From IMG/VR virus record IMGVR_UViG_3300030444_000128: a DNA stretch of 19,646 bases, one strand, 5' to 3'. A program made the position numbers and the translations under genes. The notes under the pieces are model-generated. The model was not told the origin of the DNA. It ran no database searches and was given only the letters and a program-made list of their open reading frames with translations. Of this stretch, positions 8,732-18,048 are shown piece after piece (the stretch's first letter is position 1; every line of letters begins with the position of its first letter). The stretch comes from a virus (Duplodnaviria > Heunggongvirae > Uroviricota > Caudoviricetes).

Positions 8732-9949
8732 TTAATTACTGGCAGTTTCAGGTTTCGGGAAACTGAACAGTAAATCACGGTAGTATTCGTATTGTTTCTG
8801 GCGCAACTCGATTTCACGCGGGAGACCTTCGGTGATAGAGTTGGTCAGGGTGTCGAATTTATCGAGTATTTCGACAATGCGAGCTTGTTCCTTAAGTGAT
8901 TTTTCGTGATCTTTAGGATATGGAACCGGAATCATAATTTTTGAAAAACCATTAATGAGTAGTGTATTAACTTTTGTTCTGGCTACATACTTTGCTTTTT
9001 CAGAAATAAACGAATCGGTTTGCATGTAATAGGAAATAAATTTTGGATTCAAAGAATGTCGAAAAGCATAACAGTGATCATGAATAGCGATATCGTCATC
9101 CCCAAGCCATGCCACTGCTTTACCAACGTCTTCTACAGTCTCCCCCACGTCAGTTATCACGACATCTCCATGTTTGGCATAGCGTAATGACGCTGCCATA
9201 TCAGCTCTAACCTGTGATAACGAATGAGTTGTGTAAACACCATATCGTGTATATATCTCACCATAATGGATTACACTGATACCACCATCTTCTACATAAT
9301 CTGCTTTAGTAAAACGTTTTCCACGAATAAACTCACCAATTTCCCCCAAAGTCTTCCACTCAACCTCACCATCTTTAAAACTCAACAACTGGTCGCGATA
9401 GTAGTTGTACTGTTTTTTACGCATGTTAAGCTCAGCGGTAAGCTCAGCGGTAAGTGCAGTAAATTTATCCAGAATCCGAACGATTTCAGACTGGATGGCA
9501 AGGGATTTTTCCGGATTATCCGGGCAGGGGATGGGGATAGGGAAATTCTCTAAGGTTGATAGCACGATATATGTCATTGCCGCGCTATTTGTTCTTTCCT
9601 CGAGATATTTCTTCAGGCTATGGCTAAGCACAAAATACAAAAATCTAACACTTACATTTTCGTCGAAATTTGTCAGAACATAGGTGCGCTGATAAGCCTC
9701 AAACTTGCCGATGTAATGCTTCACCTCACCAACATTCGCATTGCCTGCAATCAGCAATGCCTCTGTATCCCAGCGGAATTTATCAATTTTGCTTGTCTCT
9801 TTGGCTGTCGTGAAGAACATATACTCTCCATCATCAACAGCCGCATTCGCATTAAGCTTTCCTGTTTCAATTTTGCAAGTTTGCCCAAGTGTCTTCCACT
9901 CAACCTCAACCCCATCCAGCAATTTTTCCAGATAACTCATCTCGCTCAT
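8732..9949 (-). CDS. hsdS: type I restriction-modification specificity subunit (HsdS), type IC with TAEL x2 central repeat
   Basis: 405-aa ORF with two target-recognition halves (EVEWKTLG occurs twice) and the central conserved region ...[29 protein letters not shown]. Start ATG overlaps the hsdM stop (ATGA). Confidence 0.92.
   Translation of the reverse strand: MSEMSYLEKLLDGVEVEWKTLGQTCKIETGKLNANAAVDDGEYMFFTTAKETSKIDKFRWDTEALLIAGNANVGEVKHYIGKFEAYQRTYVLTNFDENVSVRFLYFVLSHSLKKYLEERTNSAAMTYIVLSTLENFPIPIPCPDNPEKSLAIQSEIVRILDKFTALTAELTAELNMRKKQYNYYRDQLLSFKDGEVEWKTLGEIGEFIRGKRFTKADYVEDGGISVIHYGEIYTRYGVYTTHSLSQVRADMAASLRYAKHGDVVITDVGETVEDVGKAVAWLGDDDIAIHDHCYAFRHSLNPKFISYYMQTDSFISEKAKYVARTKVNTLLINGFSKIMIPVPYPKDHEKSLKEQARIVEILDKFDTLTNSITEGLPREIELRQKQYEYYRDLLFSFPKPETASN
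9429..9452 (-). repeat. 12-bp tandem repeat (2 copies) encoding TAEL-TAEL in the HsdS central spacer
   Basis: Plus strand GCTCAGCGGTAA GCTCAGCGGTAA. On the coding strand this is the LTAELTAEL segment whose copy number is known to set the spacer length of type IC recognition sites. Confidence 0.9.
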
Positions 9950-11508
9950 TTCTGCACCTCGCAGCCTTCAATTTCAGCCACAATTGCATCAATATCTTTA
10001 CGCAACTGGTCGATTTTGCTGACCGTGGTTTTCAGCTCTGCATTCAGCTCACCGATATCGATAATTTCGCGGTTATCTTTCGCTTCCACATAGCTGCTCA
10101 CCGACAGGTTATAGTCATTCGCGACAACAGTCTCAAACGCAACAGATTTCGCCAGATGAGCAACATCTTCCTTGCTGGCAAATACCTGCATAATCTGTTC
10201 GATATGGGCATCGGTCAGGATATTGTTGTTGGTTTCTTTTTTGAACAGTTCGCTGGCATCAATAAACTGAACTTTGGTATCCGTTTTATGTTTAGACAGC
10301 ACCAGAATGTTTACAGCAATAGTGGTGCCAAAGAACAGGTTCGGTGCCAGTGAAATCACGGTTTCGACATAGTTATTATCGACCAGATACTGACGGATTT
10401 TCTGCTCCGCGCCGCCACGGTAAAAAATACCCGGGAAGCAGACAATCGCAGCACGACCTTTGGCCGAAAGATAGTTCAGCGCATGTAGTACAAACGCAAA
10501 GTCAGCTTTGGATTTGGGGGCCAGGACGCCAGCCGGGGCAAAACGTTCATCGTTAATCAGCGTCGGGTCATCGCTGCCAATCCATTTCACCGAATACGGC
10601 GGGTTAGAAACGATGGCATCAAACGGTTTTTCATCTCTGAAGTGTGGCTCAGTCAGTGTATTACCCAGCTTGATATCAAACTTGTCGTAGTTGATGTTGT
10701 GCAAAAACATGTTCATACGTGCCAGGTTATAGGTTGTATGGTTGATTTCCTGACCAAAAAAGCCTTCTTCGATGATATGGTTATCAAACTGCTTTTTAGC
10801 CTGCAACAACAGTGAGCCGGAACCCGCTGCCGGGTCGTAGATTTTGTTAACGTTGGTCTGCCCGTGCATAGCCAGTTGTGCAATCAGCTTGGAGACGTGC
10901 TGCGGTGTAAAGAACTCACCGCCTGACTTACCGGCATTTGCCGCATAGTTAGAAATCAGGAACTCATAGGCATCACCGAACAGGTCAATCTGATGTTCGT
11001 TGAAGTCACCAAGTTTTAACCCTTCAACCCCTTTCAGAACCGCAGCCAGGCGGGCATTTTTATCTTTAACGGTGTTACCCAGGCGGTTACTGGTGGTATC
11101 GAAATCAGCAAACAAACCTTTGATGTCTGCTTCTGAAGGGTAGCCGTAAGCAGAACTTTCGATAGCAACGAAGATGCTGTTTAAATCTGCGTTCAGTCTG
11201 TCATTGGTATTTGCTTTCGCAGCTACGTTGCAGAAAAGCTGACTGGGGTAGATGAAGTAGCCTTTAGTTTTGATGGCATCGTCTTTAATGTCATCAGTAA
11301 TTACGCTGTCATCCAGTTTCGCATAACAGATACTGTCATCACCGGCTTCAATATAACTGGAAAAATTTTCGCTGATAAAACGGTAGAAAAGTGCGCCCAG
11401 AACGTATTGCTTAAAATCCCATCCATCGACCGAACCCCTGACATCGTTAGCAATTTGCCAGATTTGACGATGAAGCTCTGCACGTTGTTGAATACTTGTC
11501 ATTTTCAT
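9946..11508 (-). CDS. hsdM: type I restriction-modification N6-adenine DNA methyltransferase subunit (HsdM)
   Basis: 520-aa ORF with the catalytic NPPY motif ([10 protein letters not shown]) and an AdoMet-binding region ([10 protein letters not shown]). Confidence 0.95.
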   Translation of the reverse strand: MKMTSIQQRAELHRQIWQIANDVRGSVDGWDFKQYVLGALFYRFISENFSSYIEAGDDSICYAKLDDSVITDDIKDDAIKTKGYFIYPSQLFCNVAAKANTNDRLNADLNSIFVAIESSAYGYPSEADIKGLFADFDTTSNRLGNTVKDKNARLAAVLKGVEGLKLGDFNEHQIDLFGDAYEFLISNYAANAGKSGGEFFTPQHVSKLIAQLAMHGQTNVNKIYDPAAGSGSLLLQAKKQFDNHIIEEGFFGQEINHTTYNLARMNMFLHNINYDKFDIKLGNTLTEPHFRDEKPFDAIVSNPPYSVKWIGSDDPTLINDERFAPAGVLAPKSKADFAFVLHALNYLSAKGRAAIVCFPGIFYRGGAEQKIRQYLVDNNYVETVISLAPNLFFGTTIAVNILVLSKHKTDTKVQFIDASELFKKETNNNILTDAHIEQIMQVFASKEDVAHLAKSVAFETVVANDYNLSVSSYVEAKDNREIIDIGELNAELKTTVSKIDQLRKDIDAIVAEIEGCEVQK

Positions 11509-11647
11509 CCACTTATTTCAGGCTTATGTAATTGGCGGTGATTCTACAGCAACTTGGATGCTTTAGCAGTTCGGACATTAGGCTACGAATGACCTGCCTA
11601 GAGGTTTGTTAAGCCGCAAAGTGCTGGTGCTTTATGTCTGTGAAGTT

Positions 11648-11678
11648 TATAATTGTGTACACATAACGAGTACACGAG
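11648..11678 (+). promoter_or_regulatory. phd-doc promoter -10 (TATAAT) and Phd/Doc operator palindromes
   Basis: TATAAT at 11648-11653, then TGTGTACACATAACGAGTACACGAG containing GTGTACAC-type palindromic half-sites, then GAGGT SD 4 nt before the phd ATG. Consistent with the autoregulated P1 addiction operator. Confidence 0.7.
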
Positions 11679-11684
11679 GTATTT

Positions 11685-11906
11685 ATGCAATCCATTAACT
11701 TCCGTACCGCGCGCGGCAACCTTTCTGAAGTGCTCAACAATGTTGAGGCCGGGGAAGAGGTTGAAATCACCCGCAGAGGCCGTGAGCCAGCAGTAATTGT
11801 CAGCAAGGCTACTTTCGAAGCCTACAAAAAAGCGGCGCTGGATGCTGAATTTGCATCCCTGTTTGACACCCTGGACTCCACCAACAAGGAACTGGTTAAC
11901 CGATAA
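11685..11906 (+). CDS. phd: Phd antitoxin (prevent host death)
   Basis: 73 aa, [40 protein letters not shown]...; matches P1 Phd as I remember it. Stop overlaps the doc start (TAATG). Confidence 0.95.
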   Translation: MQSINFRTARGNLSEVLNNVEAGEEVEITRRGREPAVIVSKATFEAYKKAALDAEFASLFDTLDSTNKELVNR

Positions 11907-12286
11907 TGAGGCATATATCACCGGAAGAACTTATTGCGCTTCATGATGCGAATATAAACCGCTACGGCGGCCTGCCGGGAATGTCTGATCCGGGTAGGGC
12001 AGAGGCCATTATCGGGAGAGTTCAGGCCAGAGTTGCCTACGAAGAGATCACCGACCTTTTCGAAGTCTCCGCCACCTACCTGGTGGCTACAGCGAGAGGG
12101 CATATATTCAATGATGCCAATAAGCGTACCGCGCTAAACAGTGCGCTGCTATTTCTACGCCGTAACGGGGTGCAGGTATTTGATTCACCTGAACTGGCAG
12201 ACCTTACCGTAGGGACTGCGACTGGCGAGATATCTGTATCTACTGTCGCCGCCACGTTACGTAGATTGTATGGTTCTGCGGAGTAG
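11906..12286 (+). CDS. doc: Doc toxin (death on curing; Fic-fold kinase)
   Basis: 126 aa with the Fic-type motif [11 protein letters not shown]; matches P1 Doc as I remember it. Confidence 0.95.
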
Positions 12287-12290
12287 ATTA

Positions 12291-12470
12291 ATGGCACGCA
12301 AATGCAACAAATTGTCCCATAAAGCGTTAAAGATGCTTCTTGATGGTGTGAGTCGCCGCGAGGTAAAGCAATACCTGGTTGGTAAGCAAATTGGTGCCAG
12401 GACCGCTATTGCTGTGTTATGCCGTCAGGAAATGGTTGTGCTTAAACAGAGAATGCCGGGCAGCAGATAA
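12291..12470 (+). CDS. pdcA: small protein downstream of doc (pdcA position in P1)
   Basis: ORF 12270-12470. I place the start at ATG 12291 (MARKCNKLSHK...) just after the doc stop, with GGAG upstream. Named by synteny only. Confidence 0.4.
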   Translation: MARKCNKLSHKALKMLLDGVSRREVKQYLVGKQIGARTAIAVLCRQEMVVLKQRMPGSR

Positions 12471-12497
12471 AGCCCAATCAGTGATGAAAGGTGTGAT

Positions 12498-13541
12498 GTG
12501 AAAGCCATTATTACTCCCTTTGTACAAAAAGAGCTTGGCGTCGCCACATTCAAAGTGGATCAGGAAGTCAGAAAGCTGGTGGAGGCTGGCCGTAAATTTA
12601 TTATGGAGCCGGTGCCGCGTGAGTTAATCGAGCACATGGAAGACGGCCTCGTTGTTACCGAGCAAACCATGGCAACAAATGAGGCGTTGCAGCCGTTTTT
12701 TAACAGCGATGAACTGTTTCGCCGTATTGGTGGAATTGACTCGCTGATGGCGTGGTTGCGCAGGAAAGAGGGGCAATGCCAGGCCGCAGATCGTAGTTGG
12801 TGTGACAACCATATTGTCCACGCTGAACGAGACAATAGCGCGGTGTTGTTGTGCTGGCATCACGATAACCATTACCGGATGCGTGGTTTTAATGAGCTGA
12901 AAGAAACGCTGCATAATAATCGCGTTAACTGGATACTGGATGTCGCCCGTCAGGAAATGGGGCTTTCAGATGGCCATGATTTAAGTATTCAGGAACTGTG
13001 CTGGTGGGCTTTCATGCGCAACATGATGCACCTGATGCCGGAAGAAGTTTGCCGTATATCAATAAATAAGATGAAAGCCGCAACGCAGGATAGCGGACCT
13101 CTGAAAGAGGCGGATATTCGTCCGTATGACGATCGCGCTACAGCATATGTTCAGATGATGGAAGAACGCGCTGCGCCGATGCGTGCAAAAGTATGCCCTG
13201 TGGATGTTGACTCCGACCCTGGCATGGCGCATTTCAAAATACCAAAACTGCAATCGCTAAAATTACCTGAGTACATGGACTTTGTTGCTTCCCGTCCATG
13301 CTGTGGGTGTGGAGCGGCGGGAGCTGGCGCTCACATTACGCCTTATATAGTTCGTCATAGTCGATTATGCGCGCATGACATTTATGCTATTCCTCTGTGC
13401 CAGTCATGCCAGCGTGATATTGAGCGTGACCGCGATAATTGGGAGAAAACACACGGCAGGCTGGCGATGCATCAACGATTGTTCTTTGATTACGCGCTTG
13501 GAGTCGGCGTTATCACAAGTCATTCGTCGAGCGTTAGATAA
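12498..13541 (+). CDS. pdcB: PdcB-position protein with C-terminal Cys cluster (347 aa)
   Basis: GTG start with AAAGG upstream. C-terminal [14 protein letters not shown]...C...CQSCQ looks like a zinc-binding cluster. Named by synteny (between doc and lpa). Confidence 0.55.
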   Translation: MKAIITPFVQKELGVATFKVDQEVRKLVEAGRKFIMEPVPRELIEHMEDGLVVTEQTMATNEALQPFFNSDELFRRIGGIDSLMAWLRRKEGQCQAADRSWCDNHIVHAERDNSAVLLCWHHDNHYRMRGFNELKETLHNNRVNWILDVARQEMGLSDGHDLSIQELCWWAFMRNMMHLMPEEVCRISINKMKAATQDSGPLKEADIRPYDDRATAYVQMMEERAAPMRAKVCPVDVDSDPGMAHFKIPKLQSLKLPEYMDFVASRPCCGCGAAGAGAHITPYIVRHSRLCAHDIYAIPLCQSCQRDIERDRDNWEKTHGRLAMHQRLFFDYALGVGVITSHSSSVR

Positions 13542-13542
13542 A

Positions 13543-13584
13543 ATTGCTCTAATGTGTTGCTATTTCTTTAATCGAGGGTATTAT
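13543..13584 (+). promoter_or_regulatory. C1 operator-like site overlapping a candidate sigma70 promoter for lpa
   Basis: ATTGCTCTAATGTGTTG (13543-13559, about 13/17 to consensus) overlaps a -35-like TTGCTA (13557-13562); 16-bp spacer; -10 TATTAT (13579-13584). Fits C1 repression of lpa. Confidence 0.5.
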
Positions 13585-13629
13585 ATTCCACGTTGATTAG
13601 TTGACATGGGCTAATCAGTAGGTGACAGG

Positions 13630-14082
13630 ATGTTACTTAACTGGCAGGGACGCCACTTCATGGAAATAAATCACTCACGAATAACATCGTACGAGATTGC
13701 GGATTACATGATCCGCACTAAATCTCTTCTATCAGCGAAAGAACTCGCAGCAATTCTTGAAAAGGAATACCCGCATCTGGATGTCGATAAGCGCGACGTT
13801 TATCTGCGCTTAAAGGCTATCGCTGTGTCTAAGTATTCGTCTGTTTTGATTGATGACAGTACACGCCCACGTAGATTTCAGATCCACTCTCTGAATCCTG
13901 AATTCTTTCGCCGCAGCCGCGCGCCGCGCCGGTTTGATGAAAAACTCCAGAACGAACTCTATATGACGCAGGACGAAAAGGAACGCCGGGAACACCAGCC
14001 TTGGGTAATGGCGCGTCAACTTTTCAATAAGGTAGCCCGTCAGCACCGTCATTACGGTAATGCCACATCCGCACGTATCTGA
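13630..14082 (+). CDS. lpa: late promoter activator Lpa (by position and size)
   Basis: 150-aa basic protein lying between pdcB and pacA as in P1, with a C1 operator-like site upstream. Assignment by synteny; no motif verified. Confidence 0.6.
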   Translation: MLLNWQGRHFMEINHSRITSYEIADYMIRTKSLLSAKELAAILEKEYPHLDVDKRDVYLRLKAIAVSKYSSVLIDDSTRPRRFQIHSLNPEFFRRSRAPRRFDEKLQNELYMTQDEKERREHQPWVMARQLFNKVARQHRHYGNATSARI

Positions 14083-14167
14083 TTGATTGCTTGCCCGTTC
14101 CGGGCCTTTTGACATGTGACTTTCGTTACCCTCGCGTCAAAAAGAGTTTTTACGAAAGGAAGCATAA

Positions 14168-15361
14168 GTGACCTGGGACGATCACAAGAAGAATTTTGCT
14201 CGCCTGGCGCGAGATGGTGGTTACACCATCGCACAGTATGCCGCCGAGTTTAATCTTAACCCTAATACCGCACGTCGTTATCTCCGTGCCTTCAAAGAAG
14301 ACACCAGGACAGCGGACAGCCGCAAGCCAAATAAGCCAGTCAGGAAGCCACTAAAAAGCATGATCATTGATCACTCTAATGATCAACATGCAGGTGATCA
14401 CATTGCGGCTGAAACAGCGGAAAAACAAAGAGTTAATGCCGTTGTCAGTGCCGCAGTCGAGAATGCGAAGCGCCAAAATAAGCGCATAAATGATCGTTCA
14501 GATGATCATGACGTGATCACCCGCGCCCACCGGACCTTACGTGATCGCCTGGAACGCGACACCCTGGATGATGATGGTGAACGCTTTGAATTCGAAGCTG
14601 GCGATTACCTGATAGATAACGTTGAAGCGCGGAAGGCCGCGCGCGCTATGTTGCGTCGGTCCGGGGCCGATGTTCTGGAAACCACTCTTCTGGAAAAGTC
14701 TCTTTCTCATCTCCTTATGCTGGAGAACGCCAGGGATACGTGTATTCGCCTGGTGCAGGAAATGCGCGATCAGCAAAAAGACGATGATGAAGGTACTCCG
14801 CCTGAATACCGTATCGCGAGCATGCTAAACAGCTGTTCCGCGCAGATAAGCAGTCTGATCAACACCATTTACAGCATCCGGAATAACTATCGAAAAGAAA
14901 GCCGGGAGGCGGAAAAGCACGCTTTGTCTATGGGGCAAGCTGGCATTGTTAAGCTGGCATATGAACGAAAGCGTGAAAATAACTGGTCAGTGCTGGAAGC
15001 AGCTGAATTCATCGAGGCGCATGGTGGGAAAGTTCCGCCCCTGATGCTGGAGCAAATCAAAGCCGATCTGCGTGCTCCTAAGACCAATACCGATGATGAG
15101 GAAAGGCAAACAGCCGTCGGTGGCCCTTCTCTTGACGATCTGGACAAAGTTGCGCGAGAACGGGCCGCCAACCGCCGCGCCGATGCCGCATTGTGGATTG
15201 AGCAGCGTAGGGAAGAAATCGCCGATATCGTTGATACAGGCGGTTATGGAGATGTTGATACTGAAGGTGTATCAAACGACCCATGGCTGGAACAAGACCT
15301 GGACGAAGACGAGGAGGAAGACGAAGAAGTTACCCGCAAGCTATACGGGGATGATGATTAA
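14168..15361 (+). CDS. pacA: P1 PacA (pacase / terminase small component)
   Basis: 397-aa ORF from GTG 14168 (GGAAG SD). Contains the characteristic pac hexanucleotide cluster near its 5' end and an acidic C-terminal tail. Stop overlaps the next start (ATGA). Confidence 0.9.
   Translation: MTWDDHKKNFARLARDGGYTIAQYAAEFNLNPNTARRYLRAFKEDTRTADSRKPNKPVRKPLKSMIIDHSNDQHAGDHIAAETAEKQRVNAVVSAAVENAKRQNKRINDRSDDHDVITRAHRTLRDRLERDTLDDDGERFEFEAGDYLIDNVEARKAARAMLRRSGADVLETTLLEKSLSHLLMLENARDTCIRLVQEMRDQQKDDDEGTPPEYRIASMLNSCSAQISSLINTIYSIRNNYRKESREAEKHALSMGQAGIVKLAYERKRENNWSVLEAAEFIEAHGGKVPPLMLEQIKADLRAPKTNTDDEERQTAVGGPSLDDLDKVARERAANRRADAALWIEQRREEIADIVDTGGYGDVDTEGVSNDPWLEQDLDEDEEEDEEVTRKLYGDDD
14361..14519. 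other. P1 pac packaging site (4 + 3 TGATCA/G hexanucleotide repeats with Dam GATC sites)
   Basis: TGATCA at 14361, 14368, 14380 and 14395; TGATCG at 14491; TGATCA at 14503 and 14514. Two clusters about 90 bp apart inside pacA, matching the described roughly 160-bp pac architecture. Confidence 0.9.
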
Positions 15362-16340
15362 TGGCCAGAAGTTGCGTAACGGATCCTCGTTGGCGCGAGC
15401 TGGTGGCGCTATATCGTTATGACTGGATTGCTGCCGCTGATGTTTTGTTCGGCAAAACACCTACCTGGCAGCAGGATCTGATTATTGAGTCTGTGCAGGA
15501 ACAGGGTAGCAAGACATCTGTTTCGTCTGGTCACGGTACCGGGAAATCAGACATGACTTCTATCATGATCATGTTGTTCATAATCATGTATCCCGGTGCC
15601 CGCGCCATTATCGTTGCGAACAAAATTCAGCAGGTAATGACCGGTATATTCAAGTACATCAAGATAAACTGGGCTACTGCCACCAGCCGTTTTCCATGGC
15701 TTGCTGATTATTTTGTTCTGACAGAAACCGCTTTCTATGAGGTTACTGGTAAAGGTGTATGGACTGTATCAATATCATGATGGTGTCCGGCCAGCGAAAT
15801 AAACGCCGTGTAATCAACTATCGAATGCTGGAATACACAGACGTTACAGAAACGCAGCTTGCCGCCAAAATTTTCGCAGAATGTAATCCTGAGCGATTCC
15901 CCAATATCACCATAGCGATAGATGGCGATGGCCTGGGTAAAGCAACAGCGGATCTGATGTACGAGTATTATGGTATTACCGTACAGCGTATACGCTGGGG
16001 TAAAAAGATGCATAGCCGTGAAGATAAGAGCCTGTACTTTGATAAACGTGCTTATGCCAACGTTCAAGCCGCAGAGGCCGTAAAATCTGGTCGTATGAGA
16101 CTGGATAAGGGTAATGAAACTATTGAGGAAGCGTCGAAAATCCCTGTAGGGATTAACTCCGCAGGTCAATGGAAGGTGATGAGTAAGGAGGATATGAAGA
16201 AAAAACTCAACCTGCACTCACCAGACCATTGGGATACATATTGTTTCGCTATGCTGGCGGATTATGTTCCCCAGGATGAAGTGCTTAGCGTCGAAGACGA
16301 AGCGCAGGTTGATGAAGCTCTGGCATGGCTTAATGAATGA
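15361..16340 (+). pseudogene. pacB: pacB (terminase large component), apparently internally deleted and frameshifted
   Basis: Two ORFs in different frames: 15361-15780 carries the Walker A (SGHGTGKSD) and 15759-16340 carries a nuclease-domain-like segment ([11 protein letters not shown]...HSPDHWD). No Walker B anywhere. The combined length (~326 codons) is well below the ~494 aa I recall for P1 PacB. A TAA at 15750-15752 blocks the frame of the second ORF upstream. Confidence 0.6.
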
Positions 16341-16343
16341 ACA

Positions 16344-16360
16344 TTTGCTCTAATAAATTG
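16344..16360 (+). promoter_or_regulatory. C1-repressor operator-like site
   Basis: TTTGCTCTAATAAATTG, 15/17 to consensus, immediately after the pacB stop. Confidence 0.6.
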
Positions 16361-16490
16361 TGTTTTTTAGCTACCGATGTTACATTGAACCTGACCTCTT
16401 GCGCCTTGAGGCATTTTCGGTTTATGCTTATCAGGCACCTCATTAAAACGGGTGCCGGGATTGGCCTCCCGCTTAAGTCTAAGGCGATAC

Positions 16491-16514
16491 AGACGCCGCT
16501 CGCGTCTTTTTTTT
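16491..16514 (+). terminator. probable rho-independent terminator
   Basis: AGACGC-CGCTC-GCGTCT followed by seven T: short GC-rich stem plus T-tract, downstream of pacB. Confidence 0.5.
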
Positions 16515-16679
16515 GTATCGGCGTACACGCACACCTCTACAATGGTGGGCTGTATGGGGCTACCTTCGGGTAGGCTGGTTACCTTGGACGCCAGTAAGGC
16601 CAACTCCGTACAGTCCACCGCCAGCAAGATTGGTCTCTTCTGCGGTGGTTACATACCAACGTCTAAGGAGGCTGCCAAT

Positions 16680-16901
16680 ATGGCTACTATCCCTACCCCA
16701 ACTCATCCTGAATTTATCTGGCGCTTTTACTCCTGCCAAAAACGTCACTATCACTTCGTTATTGCACCAACAGAAGATGAGGCCCGCTCTCAGCTTCCTG
16801 ACGCCCCATGTATTTTCTCTGCCCGTTTTTCCACTGATTCACGCAATTCTCTCAGTTACTGGTGCCTCCCTGTTAACGCTTCTGTTCAGGAGGGGCTATG
16901 A
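16680..16901 (+). CDS. small hypothetical protein (73 aa)
   Basis: ATG 16680 preceded by AAGGAGG (16665-16671). Stop TGA overlaps the ATG of the next gene (ATGA at 16898), suggesting coupling. It is the inner part of ORF 16452-16901. Confidence 0.45.
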   Translation: MATIPTPTHPEFIWRFYSCQKRHYHFVIAPTEDEARSQLPDAPCIFSARFSTDSRNSLSYWCLPVNASVQEGL

Positions 16902-18016
16902 GAACGTCATTAGTCACCCGTGAAGAGATGATCGAGGCAATTGAACAGCACACTGCCTGTATCAGCACCAGGGATATTCCCAGTGTTATAGCCAACTACT
17001 TCATGATCACTAAACAACTTTACCGGAGAAAGGACAAGAACGCGGTTCACCGTATCCTGCTGTCTGATATTCGCGAATACCTGCTCGAACAGGGTCATCT
17101 GAATTACGCAACCGTCGCAGCCGAAGCACGCAAGGAGGCACACAGAATGAAAGCAACTAACGTTAAATCAGAAAAAATTCATGCACCTTCAGTTCAGGAA
17201 TCGGAGCTGGTGGTTGTTCAGAATCAGTCTGATGAAATTCCCGTTCTGGAATGGCAGGGAGTGCGTGTAGTGACAACCGAGACTCTTGCTAGAGGGTATG
17301 GGACAGAAACAATCCGTATTCGCCAAAATCATCATGAGAACAAAGTACGCTTTGTTGAAGGGAAGCACTTTTTCAAAGTTGAAGGAGAATCATTGCGCGA
17401 GTTGAAGCACAGAGTAGCTTTAAACTACTCTGTAAAAATTGCTCGCAATGTTCGCTCACTCACCCTCTGGACAGAACGCGGCGCAGCCCGCCACGCTAAA
17501 ATGCTCGAAACCGATCAGGCATGGGCATTCTTTGAAAAACTGGAAGACAGCTACTTCCGACAAAAAGAACAGCAACCGATCGCAATCCCCCAGACGCTTC
17601 CTGAAGCCCTACGCCTGGCTGCCGAACTGGCTGAACAAAAGCAACTTCTGGAACAGAAAGCCCACCAGCTAAATCAGCAGCTGGTGGCCGCCGCTCCTAA
17701 AGTCGATTTTGCCGACCGGGTATCAGTAGCTAAAGGGATCCTGATTGGGAATTTTGCAAAGGTTGTTGGACTTAAGCAAAACGCGCTGTTTGTCTGGTTA
17801 CGGGAGAACGGCATCCTGATAGCGTCCGGTGGACGTAAAAATGTGCCGTTCCAGCAGTACATCAACGCGGGGTATTTCACGGTGAAAGAAGTGGTGCTGG
17901 ATGATGAAGATGGCTACCAGATACGGTTGACGCCTCAATTAACGGGTAAAGGCCAGCAGTGGTTGACGCGTAAACTGCTCGATGCTGGCTTGTTAAAACC
18001 GGTGGCAGCTGAATAA
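16898..18016 (+). CDS. antirepressor-like protein (ORF6N-type N-terminal domain + KilA-C/Ant C-terminal domain)
   Basis: Middle region VRVVTTETLARGYGTETIRIRQNHHENKVRFVEGKHFFKVEGESLRELK resembles the ORF6N domain; the C-terminal part (...LFVWLRENGILIASGG...QQYINAGYFTVKE) resembles the phage antirepressor C-terminal domain. AGGAGG 4 nt before ATG 16898. An internal ATG at 17147 also has a strong AGGAGG SD, so a shorter 289-aa product is possible. Confidence 0.7.
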   Translation: MRTSLVTREEMIEAIEQHTACISTRDIPSVIANYFMITKQLYRRKDKNAVHRILLSDIREYLLEQGHLNYATVAAEARKEAHRMKATNVKSEKIHAPSVQESELVVVQNQSDEIPVLEWQGVRVVTTETLARGYGTETIRIRQNHHENKVRFVEGKHFFKVEGESLRELKHRVALNYSVKIARNVRSLTLWTERGAARHAKMLETDQAWAFFEKLEDSYFRQKEQQPIAIPQTLPEALRLAAELAEQKQLLEQKAHQLNQQLVAAAPKVDFADRVSVAKGILIGNFAKVVGLKQNALFVWLRENGILIASGGRKNVPFQQYINAGYFTVKEVVLDDEDGYQIRLTPQLTGKGQQWLTRKLLDAGLLKPVAAE

Positions 18017-18048
18017 TGGAAGAATGCCCGGTTGATGCCGGGCATAAT

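Noticed and set aside
9224-10353. Several plus-strand ORFs (109-157 aa) overlapping hsdS and hsdM
   Set aside because: They are antisense to two strongly supported genes, are Ser/Phe/Ile-rich with low complexity, and lack RBSs. Typical shadow ORFs.
15735-16217. 160-aa minus-strand ORF inside pacB
   Set aside because: It lies wholly antisense to the terminase nuclease-domain coding sequence and has no RBS. Judged an artefact.
16337-16627. ORFs 16337-16573 (+) and 16367-16627 (-) in the pacB-downstream spacer
   Set aside because: They read straight through the operator-like site and the hairpin/T-tract terminator and have no RBS. The region is better explained as regulatory or terminator sequence.
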